Origin: an uncultured Candidatus Peribacteria bacterium
Lineage (GTDB): Bacteria; Patescibacteriota; Gracilibacteria; Peribacterales; Peribacteraceae
Direction: 5' to 3'
Length of the DNA: 64,000 nucleotides
Assembly: GCA_964575275.1 (NCBI GenBank)
Contig: CAZNPE010000005.1
Span: 16,402-80,401 of the forward strand
Shown: positions 9,642 to 17,897 of the stretch, in pieces
Layout of the letters: every line of letters begins with the position of its first letter
How positions within the stretch are numbered: position 1 is the stretch's first letter
Notes under the pieces: model-generated
Databases searched by the model: none
Told to the model about the DNA's origin: nothing
Seen by the model: only the letters and a program-made list of their open reading frames with translations
Position numbers and translations under genes: made by a program

Positions 9642-9950
9642 ATGAGCCCAGTAGTCATTTCCGGCGGCACCGCACATGCACTATCCGCAGATATCAAGAA
9701 AGCTCTGACGAACGACAAAGCTGCATTGGCGAAATGGGAAGATATTACTCCACTTGCACGTAACGAGTGGATTTGTTGGGTCGAGCACCCAAAAACAGAT
9801 GATGTACGAAAGGAGCATGTGGAACGCCTCGTGTCCGAACTGAAAGAAGGCAAGCGTCGTCCGTGTTGTTGGATGGGCTGTATTCATCGCAAAGACAAAC
9901 CCTTAAGTGCCACGCAAAAGTGGATTTTGGGTAAGAAGGCAAAGAAATAG
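9642..9950 (+). CDS. YdeI/OmpD-associated (OmdA) family protein
   Basis: ITPLARNEWICWVEHPKTDDVRKEHVERLVSELKEGKRRPCCWMGCIH matches the characteristic C-terminal pattern of this family. Confidence 0.6.
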   Translation: MSPVVISGGTAHALSADIKKALTNDKAALAKWEDITPLARNEWICWVEHPKTDDVRKEHVERLVSELKEGKRRPCCWMGCIHRKDKPLSATQKWILGKKAKK

Positions 9951-10003
9951 AGAAATGTGCTTCATGATCTCCTTCGTTACCTATGCGGTGTACACGCGTT
10001 GCA

Positions 10004-11474
10004 TCATTCGCCAATGTTAGTTGGCGTGAGATCAAAATCGATAGTGTACAGCTCTTGTCGTATCTGGAATTGAATGAATATTCGATACAATTTTTGTAAA
10101 TTCCTCGGAATATGAAATGTGACATGATCGCTGATGGGTGACGGATGCGTATGGATAAAATCCCCATCTTGCGAGATGAGAATAGCGTGACCCATTGTGC
10201 CTAGATATTGATCGATAAAAGGCGCTCTCATCTCATCGTCATCAATATGGAGTGTGAGAATGTTTCCATTGTTGTACGGCTCTTGCTCCAAAATTACAGT
10301 GTGCTGACCTGTGAATTTTCGCTGGCGCAGATCGGGCACAAAGCCGTATTTACCAACTTCCCCTGAGTACGTCCGAGTGAAACGATGTGTGTAATGTGAG
10401 ATCGCACTATCGACAAAGTCGACATAGAGCCAGTACGTACCCCCAGCAGGCGGTGCATATCCTATTCTCCACGTGCCATCATCCTCTCGTTCGGGATGGA
10501 GATGAGTAAAGTGCTGTAAGTCATCGCGCACGATGAAAAGGTGGAGCTCCTTCTCGTGACTGATACCAAAATCAGTGAAGACTACGTCGTCTTGCATGAT
10601 TCGAAATGCAATCTCATCACTCGTCGATCGATCTTCGATTGTAAATGGTGATGAATCATCACCCTGTGTCCATTGGTGCTCTTCCGCAAGTTCTTCTCGA
10701 TTTTCTACGGAGAGGGCAACTCCACGAGCACAGCCCTCTTCAGAAATACCATGCAAGGAATCGGGACTATGGTCATGCTCATGAGGATATCCAAGCAATG
10801 CTGCTTTTACCTCTGTAGGATCTTCGTCTATCGCTACTGCAAGGCGATGAACAATCCAGTCGACATAGTCCACACGCAGGTCTGGATGGATCTCTCGGAG
10901 TTGCTGAAGGTAGAAATACTGAACACGTCACCAGGTGAATACTTTCGCCCCATGCCTCCTCTTCTATCCGAGATGCAAAGGAGAGTGGGTGAACATTGTG
11001 ATGCGTGTATTCGTATACGCGCGGAGTGCGTGTATCTAGACTATGCTCAGACAAAATATAATCGAGAACTGTCGCATGTTGCCGCAGCCCGCGACCTGGA
11101 ACAGCTACGCCGACACCACCATTGACACTACTTCCAGCATCCGGAAACACCTGACTTTGGCCGGTACTACCACCTGTGCTGCCCTGCCCTCCACCAGTAC
11201 CTCCACCTGTATTTCCTTGGCCGCCTCCGGTTCCACCTCCTGTGTTTCCCTGGCCTCCAGTGCCCCCACCGGTGTTGCCCTGCCCTCCACCAGTACCTCC
11301 GCCGGTATTACCCTGACCGCTCGTTCCTCCTCCATTATTGCCCTGATCGGATTTCGCAATAATGTGCTTCATCGTCGATGAAAAGGCTATGCCTCGACTC
11401 TCATGAACAAGTGTTGTCACAAGCAAAGCAAAAACTGCTACGACACAAATGCCTATGAGAAACTTTCTGTGCAT
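10004..11474 (-). pseudogene. secreted Gly-rich protein apparently split by a +1 frameshift near 10928
   Basis: ORF 10779-11474 (TM helix, then GNTGGGTGG repeats) and ORF 10004-10873 overlap by 95 nt in different frames. The downstream frame is open back to a TGA at 10928-10930, so skipping one nucleotide there joins ...GESIHLVT to VQYFYLQQLREIHPDL... The C-terminal part contains HLFIVRDDLQHFTHLHP. Confidence 0.45.
11150..11335 (-). repeat. in-frame tandem repeats encoding (Q)GNTGGGTGG(G) units
   Basis: Protein reads GGGTSGQGNTGGGTGGGQGNTGGGTGGQGNTGGGTGGGQGNTGGGTGGGQGSTGGSTG. The DNA shows reiterated ccaccagtacctcc / ggtgttgccctg units. Confidence 0.6.
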
Positions 11475-11695
11475 CTTTGCGAGAGAAGAGAAAGTGAAAA
11501 GGAGTAATAACTAGAAGAGAGCATACGTCTCTCTTCATCAGCAAGCCACTTCACAGCAATCAGCAATGATTGGAGAAATATTGTTTGGTCATATGGCTGA
11601 CTACGGAAAACATACCGAGCAAGAAAGTGTGGTGCAGCGAATCTTTTCTTGAAGAAATGATCAATCGATTGAATGTGTCATAGTATACTCAGCAC

Positions 11696-12076
11696 ATGGA
11701 CTCCGCACTCGTCGCTACAAACTTTTCGCGCTGGGAACAGGCACTGCTGACTCGCGATGCAGCAAAGGTTGCTGATCTCTACGCAGAGAATTCAACACTG
11801 CTCCCTACTCTGGCACAGAGAGTGATTACTAACCGCGCCGGCGTACTAGAATACTTCACCTTCTTCCTCTCATTCCTCCCGCGACTTTCCATGGTGGAAG
11901 AACAGGTGCGAACCATTGCACATGACCACTACCTCCACTGTGGAGTCTACCGATTTACTCTCACAACAAACGGCAGAGAAAACGACGTCGATGCTCGCTT
12001 CTCTATGGTCTGGAAGAACGTTGGTAGTGAGTGGAAACTCTTCCATCACCATTCGTCACAGGCGCCAGCACGATAA
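11696..12076 (+). CDS. NTF2-like protein of the SgcJ/EcaC / CaMKII-association-domain (DUF4440) type
   Basis: FSRWEQALLTRDAAKVADLYAENSTLLPT ... RFSMVWKNVGSEWKLFHHHSS, the typical C-terminal W-K-I/L-x-HHHSS signature. Confidence 0.65.
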   Translation: MDSALVATNFSRWEQALLTRDAAKVADLYAENSTLLPTLAQRVITNRAGVLEYFTFFLSFLPRLSMVEEQVRTIAHDHYLHCGVYRFTLTTNGRENDVDARFSMVWKNVGSEWKLFHHHSSQAPAR

Positions 12077-12109
12077 ATGCAGACACATCGAGCGCGCTAT
12101 CTCATTTTG

Positions 12110-12118
12110 TGATATAAT
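12110..12118 (+). promoter_or_regulatory. extended -10 element TGATATAAT, candidate tmRNA promoter
   Basis: Exact TGnTATAAT match about 118 nt upstream of the mature tmRNA 5' end. No convincing -35 was seen. Confidence 0.35.
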
Positions 12119-12235
12119 ATTTGCTCGTTCTCTCACAGCATGGGATGACCCACCTTCGCACCGCATTGCGGCGCTACGGTGGGCGGGAGGATGCTTCTCA
12201 TTGATCCTCCTTATCACCCAGTCGTTTACACCTCT

Positions 12236-12631
12236 GGGGATGACAGGCTTCGACAGCGTGAATCTGCGTTGCTCGTGTCTCGATCCGGGTTTGCTCTGGT
12301 ACCCGTTACCCACCGTTGCACCTCATAATTGCCAAAAGCAATTTCATGGCTCGTGTAGAAGCTATTGCTAACTCTGTTAGCTTTGGCGTCCCTGCACTTG
12401 CTTAAGGTCTGATTTTTCGGACCACGTCCTCCTTTTGATCCTCGCTGGATTGGAAAGACGTCATTAGCGAGGTTGGAACTCGACTGACGCGACGAGTTCC
12501 TGACTTTTGCGTCATCACTCCTACCCCCTCTCTGTTCTTCTCTCACGGAGTAGGAGAATCGAGAAGAACATGATCGTACTGACCTTCAGCGTACACGTTG
12601 GACCCGGGTTCAACTCCCGGCATCTCCACCA
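12236..12631 (+). ncRNA. ssrA: tmRNA (SsrA)
   Basis: 5' GGGGAUGACAGGCUUCGACAGCG. The 3' end has a T-arm CCGGG-UUCAACU-CCCGG followed by CAUCUCC-ACCA. The acceptor stem pairs 7 bp including a G3:U wobble (Ala identity). An internal tag frame ends ...ANSVSFGVPALA-TAA (stop at 12403-12405). Confidence 0.85.
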
Positions 12632-12683
12632 TTCGGGAATTCATCGAAATTCAAACTGATAGAATTGCGATTTTATAAAGAAT

Positions 12684-12705
12684 AACGGCCTTCTAGGCCG
12701 TTTTG
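12684..12705 (+). terminator. hairpin terminator after tmRNA
   Basis: aacggcc-ttcta-ggccgtt (7-bp stem) followed by tt; about 50 nt past the CCA end. Confidence 0.55.
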
Positions 12706-12815
12706 AAAAAGTTCGAAAGCGGGCTTTTGCGGTCTTGGTACATTTTTGGCATCAATTGGAATTGATGGCTTGGTGTTGCGGTTTTCTGGGAGTTCGGAAG
12801 TTTTTCAAAGCCTTG

Positions 12816-14072
12816 CTAAAAGCTACTGTGGATTGAGTTAAATATTGGAGTTAGGACATTTTTGTCTATCCATCGGATAACGGGTACACACACAGCGTCG
12901 CCAAAGCCAAAAAGGTTCTGATTCTTCTGCTTCACAAGAGGAAAATCATCTGCGCCCTGCAACCGCGCATACTCACGTGGCGACATCCATCTCATACGCA
13001 CATCCCCTTTGTCGATTGCAATGACAATTTGTCGTGCGCTTCCACCGCGTGGAGTACGAAGGCAGCCAGCCGTTCCATCAAAACGCGTTTCCGCATATGT
13101 TCTATCGTTTCTTTTGCGTCGATAGATAGTCCCAACATGCGTGCCTCGAGTATTGCACATCTCATCGACCTGTCTCTTATGGAGACTGCTCATCATCGCA
13201 TAGTGTTTTTTAACCGCCTTTGCGTCCCACCATTCTTGGTTAGCATCTAAGTCTATGACATCGACTAGGTTTTTACTCCGTTCCATCGGCTCTTCTAAAT
13301 CAATCGCCATCCAACCAGTCGGTAGCTCAATTGTCTGCATCAGTTGCATCAATTGATCTGGTCTCATACTTCTTGGTCGTCTATCAATAACATTGTTCCA
13401 AAGGTCAAAAATACTATCTGACGATGATCTTTTTACCGTAACAGTTGACTCAACACTTTCGTGTAATCCAACTACAAAAACCCTTTGTCTGCTTTGTGGA
13501 ACAAATTTCTTTGCATCCAGAACAAAACAATCAATCCAATAACCAAGTTCTGCCAACTTAGTCACAGCCGATGCAAAGTCTTTGCCTCCATGAGAAGTTA
13601 TGAATCCCGTAACATTCTCAAGCATGACCATTTTTGGACGTCGATCTCCCAACGCAGTAAGTACATCTATGAATCCAAAAAACGTCGATGAATGGTCTCC
13701 CGCGAGACCGCGTCCTTTACCGGCAAGAGAAAGATCAGTGCATGGAAATGATGCTGTAGCTAGGAACGGCTCATTTTTAATTTTTGAAAGAACTTCATCT
13801 GTGTTCCATATATCACCTAGATGGAAATCATTGCTGTTTTCAAAACGTGCTTTATACATCTCTAGCTTCTTCTCGTCGATATCATTCGCATATACGCATT
13901 CCCATCCAGAAGAATTCAGACCATCTCTGACCAATCCAATCCCTGCAAAGAACTCACAAAAATTCTTTTGATATATTTTTTTCTTGTGCCCTCTTTTTAA
14001 AATTTTATCTTGCACCTGCTGACCCTTTTCCATCAGTGCTGTTCCGCTGATGGCAATTGTTTGTGGATTCAT
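12816..14072 (-). CDS. DNA (cytosine-5)-methyltransferase
   Basis: Motif I FCEFFAGIGL, motif IV SFPCTDLS, motif VI MLENV, motif VIII QSRQRVF, motif X FGDAVCVPV. Confidence 0.9.
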   Translation of the reverse strand: MNPQTIAISGTALMEKGQQVQDKILKRGHKKKIYQKNFCEFFAGIGLVRDGLNSSGWECVYANDIDEKKLEMYKARFENSNDFHLGDIWNTDEVLSKIKNEPFLATASFPCTDLSLAGKGRGLAGDHSSTFFGFIDVLTALGDRRPKMVMLENVTGFITSHGGKDFASAVTKLAELGYWIDCFVLDAKKFVPQSRQRVFVVGLHESVESTVTVKRSSSDSIFDLWNNVIDRRPRSMRPDQLMQLMQTIELPTGWMAIDLEEPMERSKNLVDVIDLDANQEWWDAKAVKKHYAMMSSLHKRQVDEMCNTRGTHVGTIYRRKRNDRTYAETRFDGTAGCLRTPRGGSARQIVIAIDKGDVRMRWMSPREYARLQGADDFPLVKQKNQNLFGFGDAVCVPVIRWIDKNVLTPIFNSIHSSF

Positions 14073-14172
14073 AAGTGTCTATAAAGATACTGCTTGCGGT
14101 CGAATGATGCCAGTTTGTTTATGACAGAACTGAGTACTGCATTTTATAAAACAGACTGATATTCTATACATA

Positions 14173-14919
14173 ATGAGCAACAATGCGCTGGATACCGTCA
14201 AGTCACAAATCAAGTCGGCAAAAGATGAGCTGAGTGCCTACCATCCTTCGGATTCGAATTGGGCGAAAAGGGCTATAGTGAATGCAGAAAGACTCATCCC
14301 ATGGCTGATTGAAGTAAGTCCTCAATTAAAGGGCTACTGCGAGGACGTTTTGAACGCGCCAGCGCAGTTGCGTAGGATGTGGACGGACATTAAACCTCAC
14401 GTTGATCTTCCCAAGGAGCAAATTGAGGCTTTTGACAGACAATTGTCTTTCGATGATGTTCTAAGGGTTTCTATTACAGGCGAAGTTGTGAGCAGCGTGG
14501 TCTCCAAATTTTTGATGGATAATTTCCCCAAGGCAGCATTGAAGTCGAATGGTAGGAGTGATTATCCAGATTTATATTTGGGTGATGTCGATTATTCATT
14601 TCTGCCGATCTTTCAGCGTATTAAAAAGAAAGAAGATGAATATGGTGCGGCACTCAAGGGTGACAAACGTCCTGTGAGAGTTCCTGATGGACTTGAAATC
14701 AAAACTTGCAGAGGTCGAATCGCAGTAGATTGTCATCACCCTCATGCAGGTATGCACTTAGTACTGTTATTTGGAGAAACCGATCACTTATTTTCTGTAG
14801 ATGACATCCGCATCGCATTTCTATGCCAGTCTGATTATCGCGAATCCGAAAGAAACACTACCGCTACGACTGTTAAGTATTCATTTAATGGAGACCGTTT
14901 TGTGAGTCTGCTGACTTAA
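14173..14919 (+). CDS. hypothetical protein; candidate type II restriction endonuclease (PD-(D/E)xK-like motif)
   Basis: Divergent from the C5 methyltransferase. SDYPDLYLGD ... (about 37 aa) ... VPDGLEIKTCRG fits PD...ExK spacing. No other family motif recognised. Confidence 0.4.
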   Translation: MSNNALDTVKSQIKSAKDELSAYHPSDSNWAKRAIVNAERLIPWLIEVSPQLKGYCEDVLNAPAQLRRMWTDIKPHVDLPKEQIEAFDRQLSFDDVLRVSITGEVVSSVVSKFLMDNFPKAALKSNGRSDYPDLYLGDVDYSFLPIFQRIKKKEDEYGAALKGDKRPVRVPDGLEIKTCRGRIAVDCHHPHAGMHLVLLFGETDHLFSVDDIRIAFLCQSDYRESERNTTATTVKYSFNGDRFVSLLT

Positions 14920-14935
14920 TTCGATCTTTATTCAT

Positions 14936-15967
14936 ATGTCGGAAAATCAAACAAACCATCGTGCTGCATTCCTGACTTACAAAAACTATCTTGTGTCTTT
15001 TTCCTATTTTCTCAATCGTCTATATCCTGACTATTCCACCTTGGAAATACAGCTCAAGCATCTCCAAAGAGGAGAAGTGGCTGACGTAGATCGTGTGAAA
15101 AAACTCCTGTTCAATGCGTGGAATACAGAACTCTTATTGAATCTCCCGGCAAGTTTTAATCGTGATCTCCTGCGGCTTTCTAATCATTGGTCTCCTGTAC
15201 AGGCTTATTATGCTGTTTACCTTGCGCTTCGCGCATTGATTGTTGCCAAGATGCCACAAGCGCGCGGCGACCATGCTACGACTTTAAAAACTGTTGCAAT
15301 TAACTTAATCAGAGATCAGGACTTAATGCCTCATCCTCTCAACATACTCAGGGTCAAAAAAGGCTTTCAGCCTGAGCATGCCTGCGGAAGTGTGAATCCA
15401 TTGGAAAGTCCCTCTGCTCACGATGCCGAGAAACAGTTGGGCTCCTTCAAAATGTTTCTCGATACAACTTGGAATCGAGCGATTGAGGAAAGATGTGAGG
15501 ATTGGAAGAAGGTCAATGTGCTAAAAAATGGAAAACAACGAAGGAGACTTCCCAATGGGATGAAGACTGAAATAACCGAAAGGCAAAGACCCATTTCAGT
15601 TTTTGACTGCCTGTATCGCATCAGATTACGTTCAAATTATAAAGACGCTGACATTTTTCTTCTCGGCTCAAGAATGGATGAAGTTCAAGAGTATTTCACA
15701 AGTTTATGTAGTATCACGGATAAGTGTCTTTACTGTCTTGAGCACTATTTAGAACAAGCTCTTGGAAAACAAGAATACCAAGCAATGGTTGGCGCATTCG
15801 CAACAGCTGGCAACGCAATGTTACTGGGTAAAACTCCTTTCAATGTTCTACGCCGTCTTTCGGGAGATGTATCTGCATCAGTGGCTGTTTCCAGACAGAC
15901 CATAGCAGCAAAACATGCAAATATTATGCAAGTAGGTAGTTCGGAATTCACCTCAAAAGCTCTTTGA
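14936..15967 (+). CDS. hypothetical 343-aa protein, apparently co-transcribed with the candidate nuclease
   Basis: Starts 17 nt after the previous stop. Helical protein with HWSPVQAYYAVYLALRAL and YRIRLRSNYKDADIF. Any YaaC/HEPN-like resemblance is only an impression. Confidence 0.55.
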   Translation: MSENQTNHRAAFLTYKNYLVSFSYFLNRLYPDYSTLEIQLKHLQRGEVADVDRVKKLLFNAWNTELLLNLPASFNRDLLRLSNHWSPVQAYYAVYLALRALIVAKMPQARGDHATTLKTVAINLIRDQDLMPHPLNILRVKKGFQPEHACGSVNPLESPSAHDAEKQLGSFKMFLDTTWNRAIEERCEDWKKVNVLKNGKQRRRLPNGMKTEITERQRPISVFDCLYRIRLRSNYKDADIFLLGSRMDEVQEYFTSLCSITDKCLYCLEHYLEQALGKQEYQAMVGAFATAGNAMLLGKTPFNVLRRLSGDVSASVAVSRQTIAAKHANIMQVGSSEFTSKAL

Positions 15968-16155
15968 CGAATCCGCATTACAAGATCGCAAATCTCTTCA
16001 TATCTCTCGGCTTCTCCAGCAGTTCTATAAGCGTATGTAGCGAATAACCGAGCTTCAGGAGCGTTTCTAAAATGTCCGTTACATCACGAACAAAGAACGG
16101 AGACGGTTCGGAATTAACCCTCAATGCTCCACCATATTTGGCATCTTGCGATGCG

Positions 16156-16539
16156 CTAGATCAAAATACTCTTATCCAAAAGCTTGTACGCCTTATCATC
16201 GCCTTCACCATCGTCTCGCGCTACTTCTGTGTCACGTTGAGCCAAGATCTCAATCGCTCGATCAACCATTCCGGAAAGCTGTGTCAGCTTCTTCGCCTGA
16301 ACTGCACCGTTGATCATGATTTTCAGACGGTCACGATAAAATGCGCGCATTTCATTGCGTAGGTTCCTGTTCTTTAGAACGTCATCAACTGTCGCTGGTG
16401 CTTTATTGGCTCTTGTCCCTGCATCGTGTGCGTTATAAATCTCCAAAAATTTTCCAAACGGTTTGCTGTGCAGAAAAGTACGCGTCGTACTGCACCAATC
16501 TTCGTTGTCGCCCGGCATTGTGAAAATCAGATTCGCCAT
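16156..16539 (-). CDS. hypothetical protein (127 aa), possibly longer, see findings
   Basis: ORF-track entry. An adjacent open frame at 15978-16151 fills the gap to the convergent gene. Confidence 0.45.
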   Translation of the reverse strand: MANLIFTMPGDNEDWCSTTRTFLHSKPFGKFLEIYNAHDAGTRANKAPATVDDVLKNRNLRNEMRAFYRDRLKIMINGAVQAKKLTQLSGMVDRAIEILAQRDTEVARDDGEGDDKAYKLLDKSILI

Positions 16540-16595
16540 TAACGTGATTATGACCGGTATTCACTTTTTTAGCAAAATATTATATAATACTCCTA

Positions 16596-16930
16596 TGATT
16601 GAAACTGGCAGTTTTGCCTGGCTCTCGCCAAATTCTGATAATCGAACGGGCAGAGATATCGCTCGATATTATGCGAAGGTCATAAAAGGGCATCTAGAGT
16701 CCGACCAAAAAGATCCGCAGATTCTCGCCGCTATTTTTCAGGAGATGAGGAATCTGAAATATGTAGTAGGGCGACTCGGCATTCCTGTTGAACCTGTCGA
16801 TTTTGACGATCCTTCCATGCGAATTGGAACGAAATTTTTTGAAGAGGCGAACAGATATGTGTCTGCTGTAGAAACATTCATTCCGCTTGAAAACGAACCA
16901 GATGTCTCCATAGGGAATGAGGGCGAGTAA
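16596..16930 (+). CDS. hypothetical protein
   Basis: ATG at 16596 (MIETGSFAWLSPNSD...) within ORF 16463-16930. Upstream region is AT-rich (tatataat). Confidence 0.45.
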
Positions 16931-16967
16931 GAAATAGTTGGACAAACAGAAGGAAGGGGTACTATAG

Positions 16968-17846
16968 ATGCCAATGTTGAACCGACGAGAATTCGTCTTT
17001 GGTTCGGCGCTCGCACTCGCTGCACTCGCTGGTTCTGCCAGAGCTGAGGACGGTGCACTTGGCATCAATGATCGATTAGAACAAATAGTAAAGACCGCGG
17101 AAGGGAAGGAGCATGCAGCAACCACGGAGAAAAATTTTGTCGAGAATCCCGACGGCGCGGTGGTTCATTGGCGATGGGCACACTTCCGTCCAAATGTTGA
17201 TTTGAAATTTTTACCTCTTATAAAGTCAACAAATCGCGAGTTGTACGATGTCATGAACGCAGTACGAGCAGTGCCGGAACTGGGCTTTGATCACATCATC
17301 CACGAAGGATTTATCCAAGGAGAACACCATAGGCAGATGGATGAAAACCTTCGGATGTTTCGATTGTTCGTGGCACACCACATGGGACTCGACACGAGAC
17401 ATCCTGCAGTCGCACGCGGCATGCTTGGATCCCTACAAATGGTGCGCAGCACGCCATGGATTGAACACGTCGATGGCATGGACAGACACATGGACATTTC
17501 TGCACTCACACGGCTTGGAGCTGCGTACATCCTTGCGTGGCAAAAAGACATGAAGATTCTTCCGCTCGAAGATAAAGAACTCGACGATGGTGCAGATGAA
17601 GCGGAGCAGCAACGTGATCCCAAGCAGCACGACAAGTGGATTCAGCTCCTTCGCAATGAACACGTCCTCGCACTTGCGAGAGGGATGAAAGAAGAAATCA
17701 AACACGTCTTCCTAGGCTTTGGCCATCGACTGAAATTCGCCACACAAGACAGTAACCAACGACACGGTCGGCGGTTCTCTCACCTAGAGATCACCGTGCC
17801 AGCGATACGTGAGTACGAGGAACAGATGCGCATAAACACCGAATAA
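16968..17846 (+). CDS. hypothetical exported protein with a twin-arginine-like signal
   Basis: MPMLNRREFVFGSALALAALAGSARA: an RRxFxF motif, a hydrophobic region and an AxA cleavage-like site. Confidence 0.55.
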   Translation: MPMLNRREFVFGSALALAALAGSARAEDGALGINDRLEQIVKTAEGKEHAATTEKNFVENPDGAVVHWRWAHFRPNVDLKFLPLIKSTNRELYDVMNAVRAVPELGFDHIIHEGFIQGEHHRQMDENLRMFRLFVAHHMGLDTRHPAVARGMLGSLQMVRSTPWIEHVDGMDRHMDISALTRLGAAYILAWQKDMKILPLEDKELDDGADEAEQQRDPKQHDKWIQLLRNEHVLALARGMKEEIKHVFLGFGHRLKFATQDSNQRHGRRFSHLEITVPAIREYEEQMRINTE

Positions 17847-17897
17847 AAGAACTTCCGATACTCGCAGTGGAGCTGTAGTATTGGCCAACATTTCCCC

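Noticed and set aside
11150-11335. Regular short DNA repeats that might suggest a CRISPR-like or satellite array.
   Set aside because: The repeats are in frame within a coding region (a Gly/Thr/Asn linker), contiguous without spacers, and of variable unit length.
12120-12235. A possible separate small RNA between the TGATATAAT box and the tmRNA 5' end (ccacc...ggtgg and ccgc-att-gcgg hairpins).
   Set aside because: It is more simply explained as the tmRNA precursor leader. There is no independent terminator or conserved motif.
16110-16130. Possible attR: gctccaccatat resembles the tmRNA 3' end (catctccaccattc), which would delimit an island integrated in ssrA.
   Set aside because: Only 9-10 nt match. 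An equally good match (cctccaccatt) occurs by chance inside the adhesin gene at about 35836. No integrase is present.
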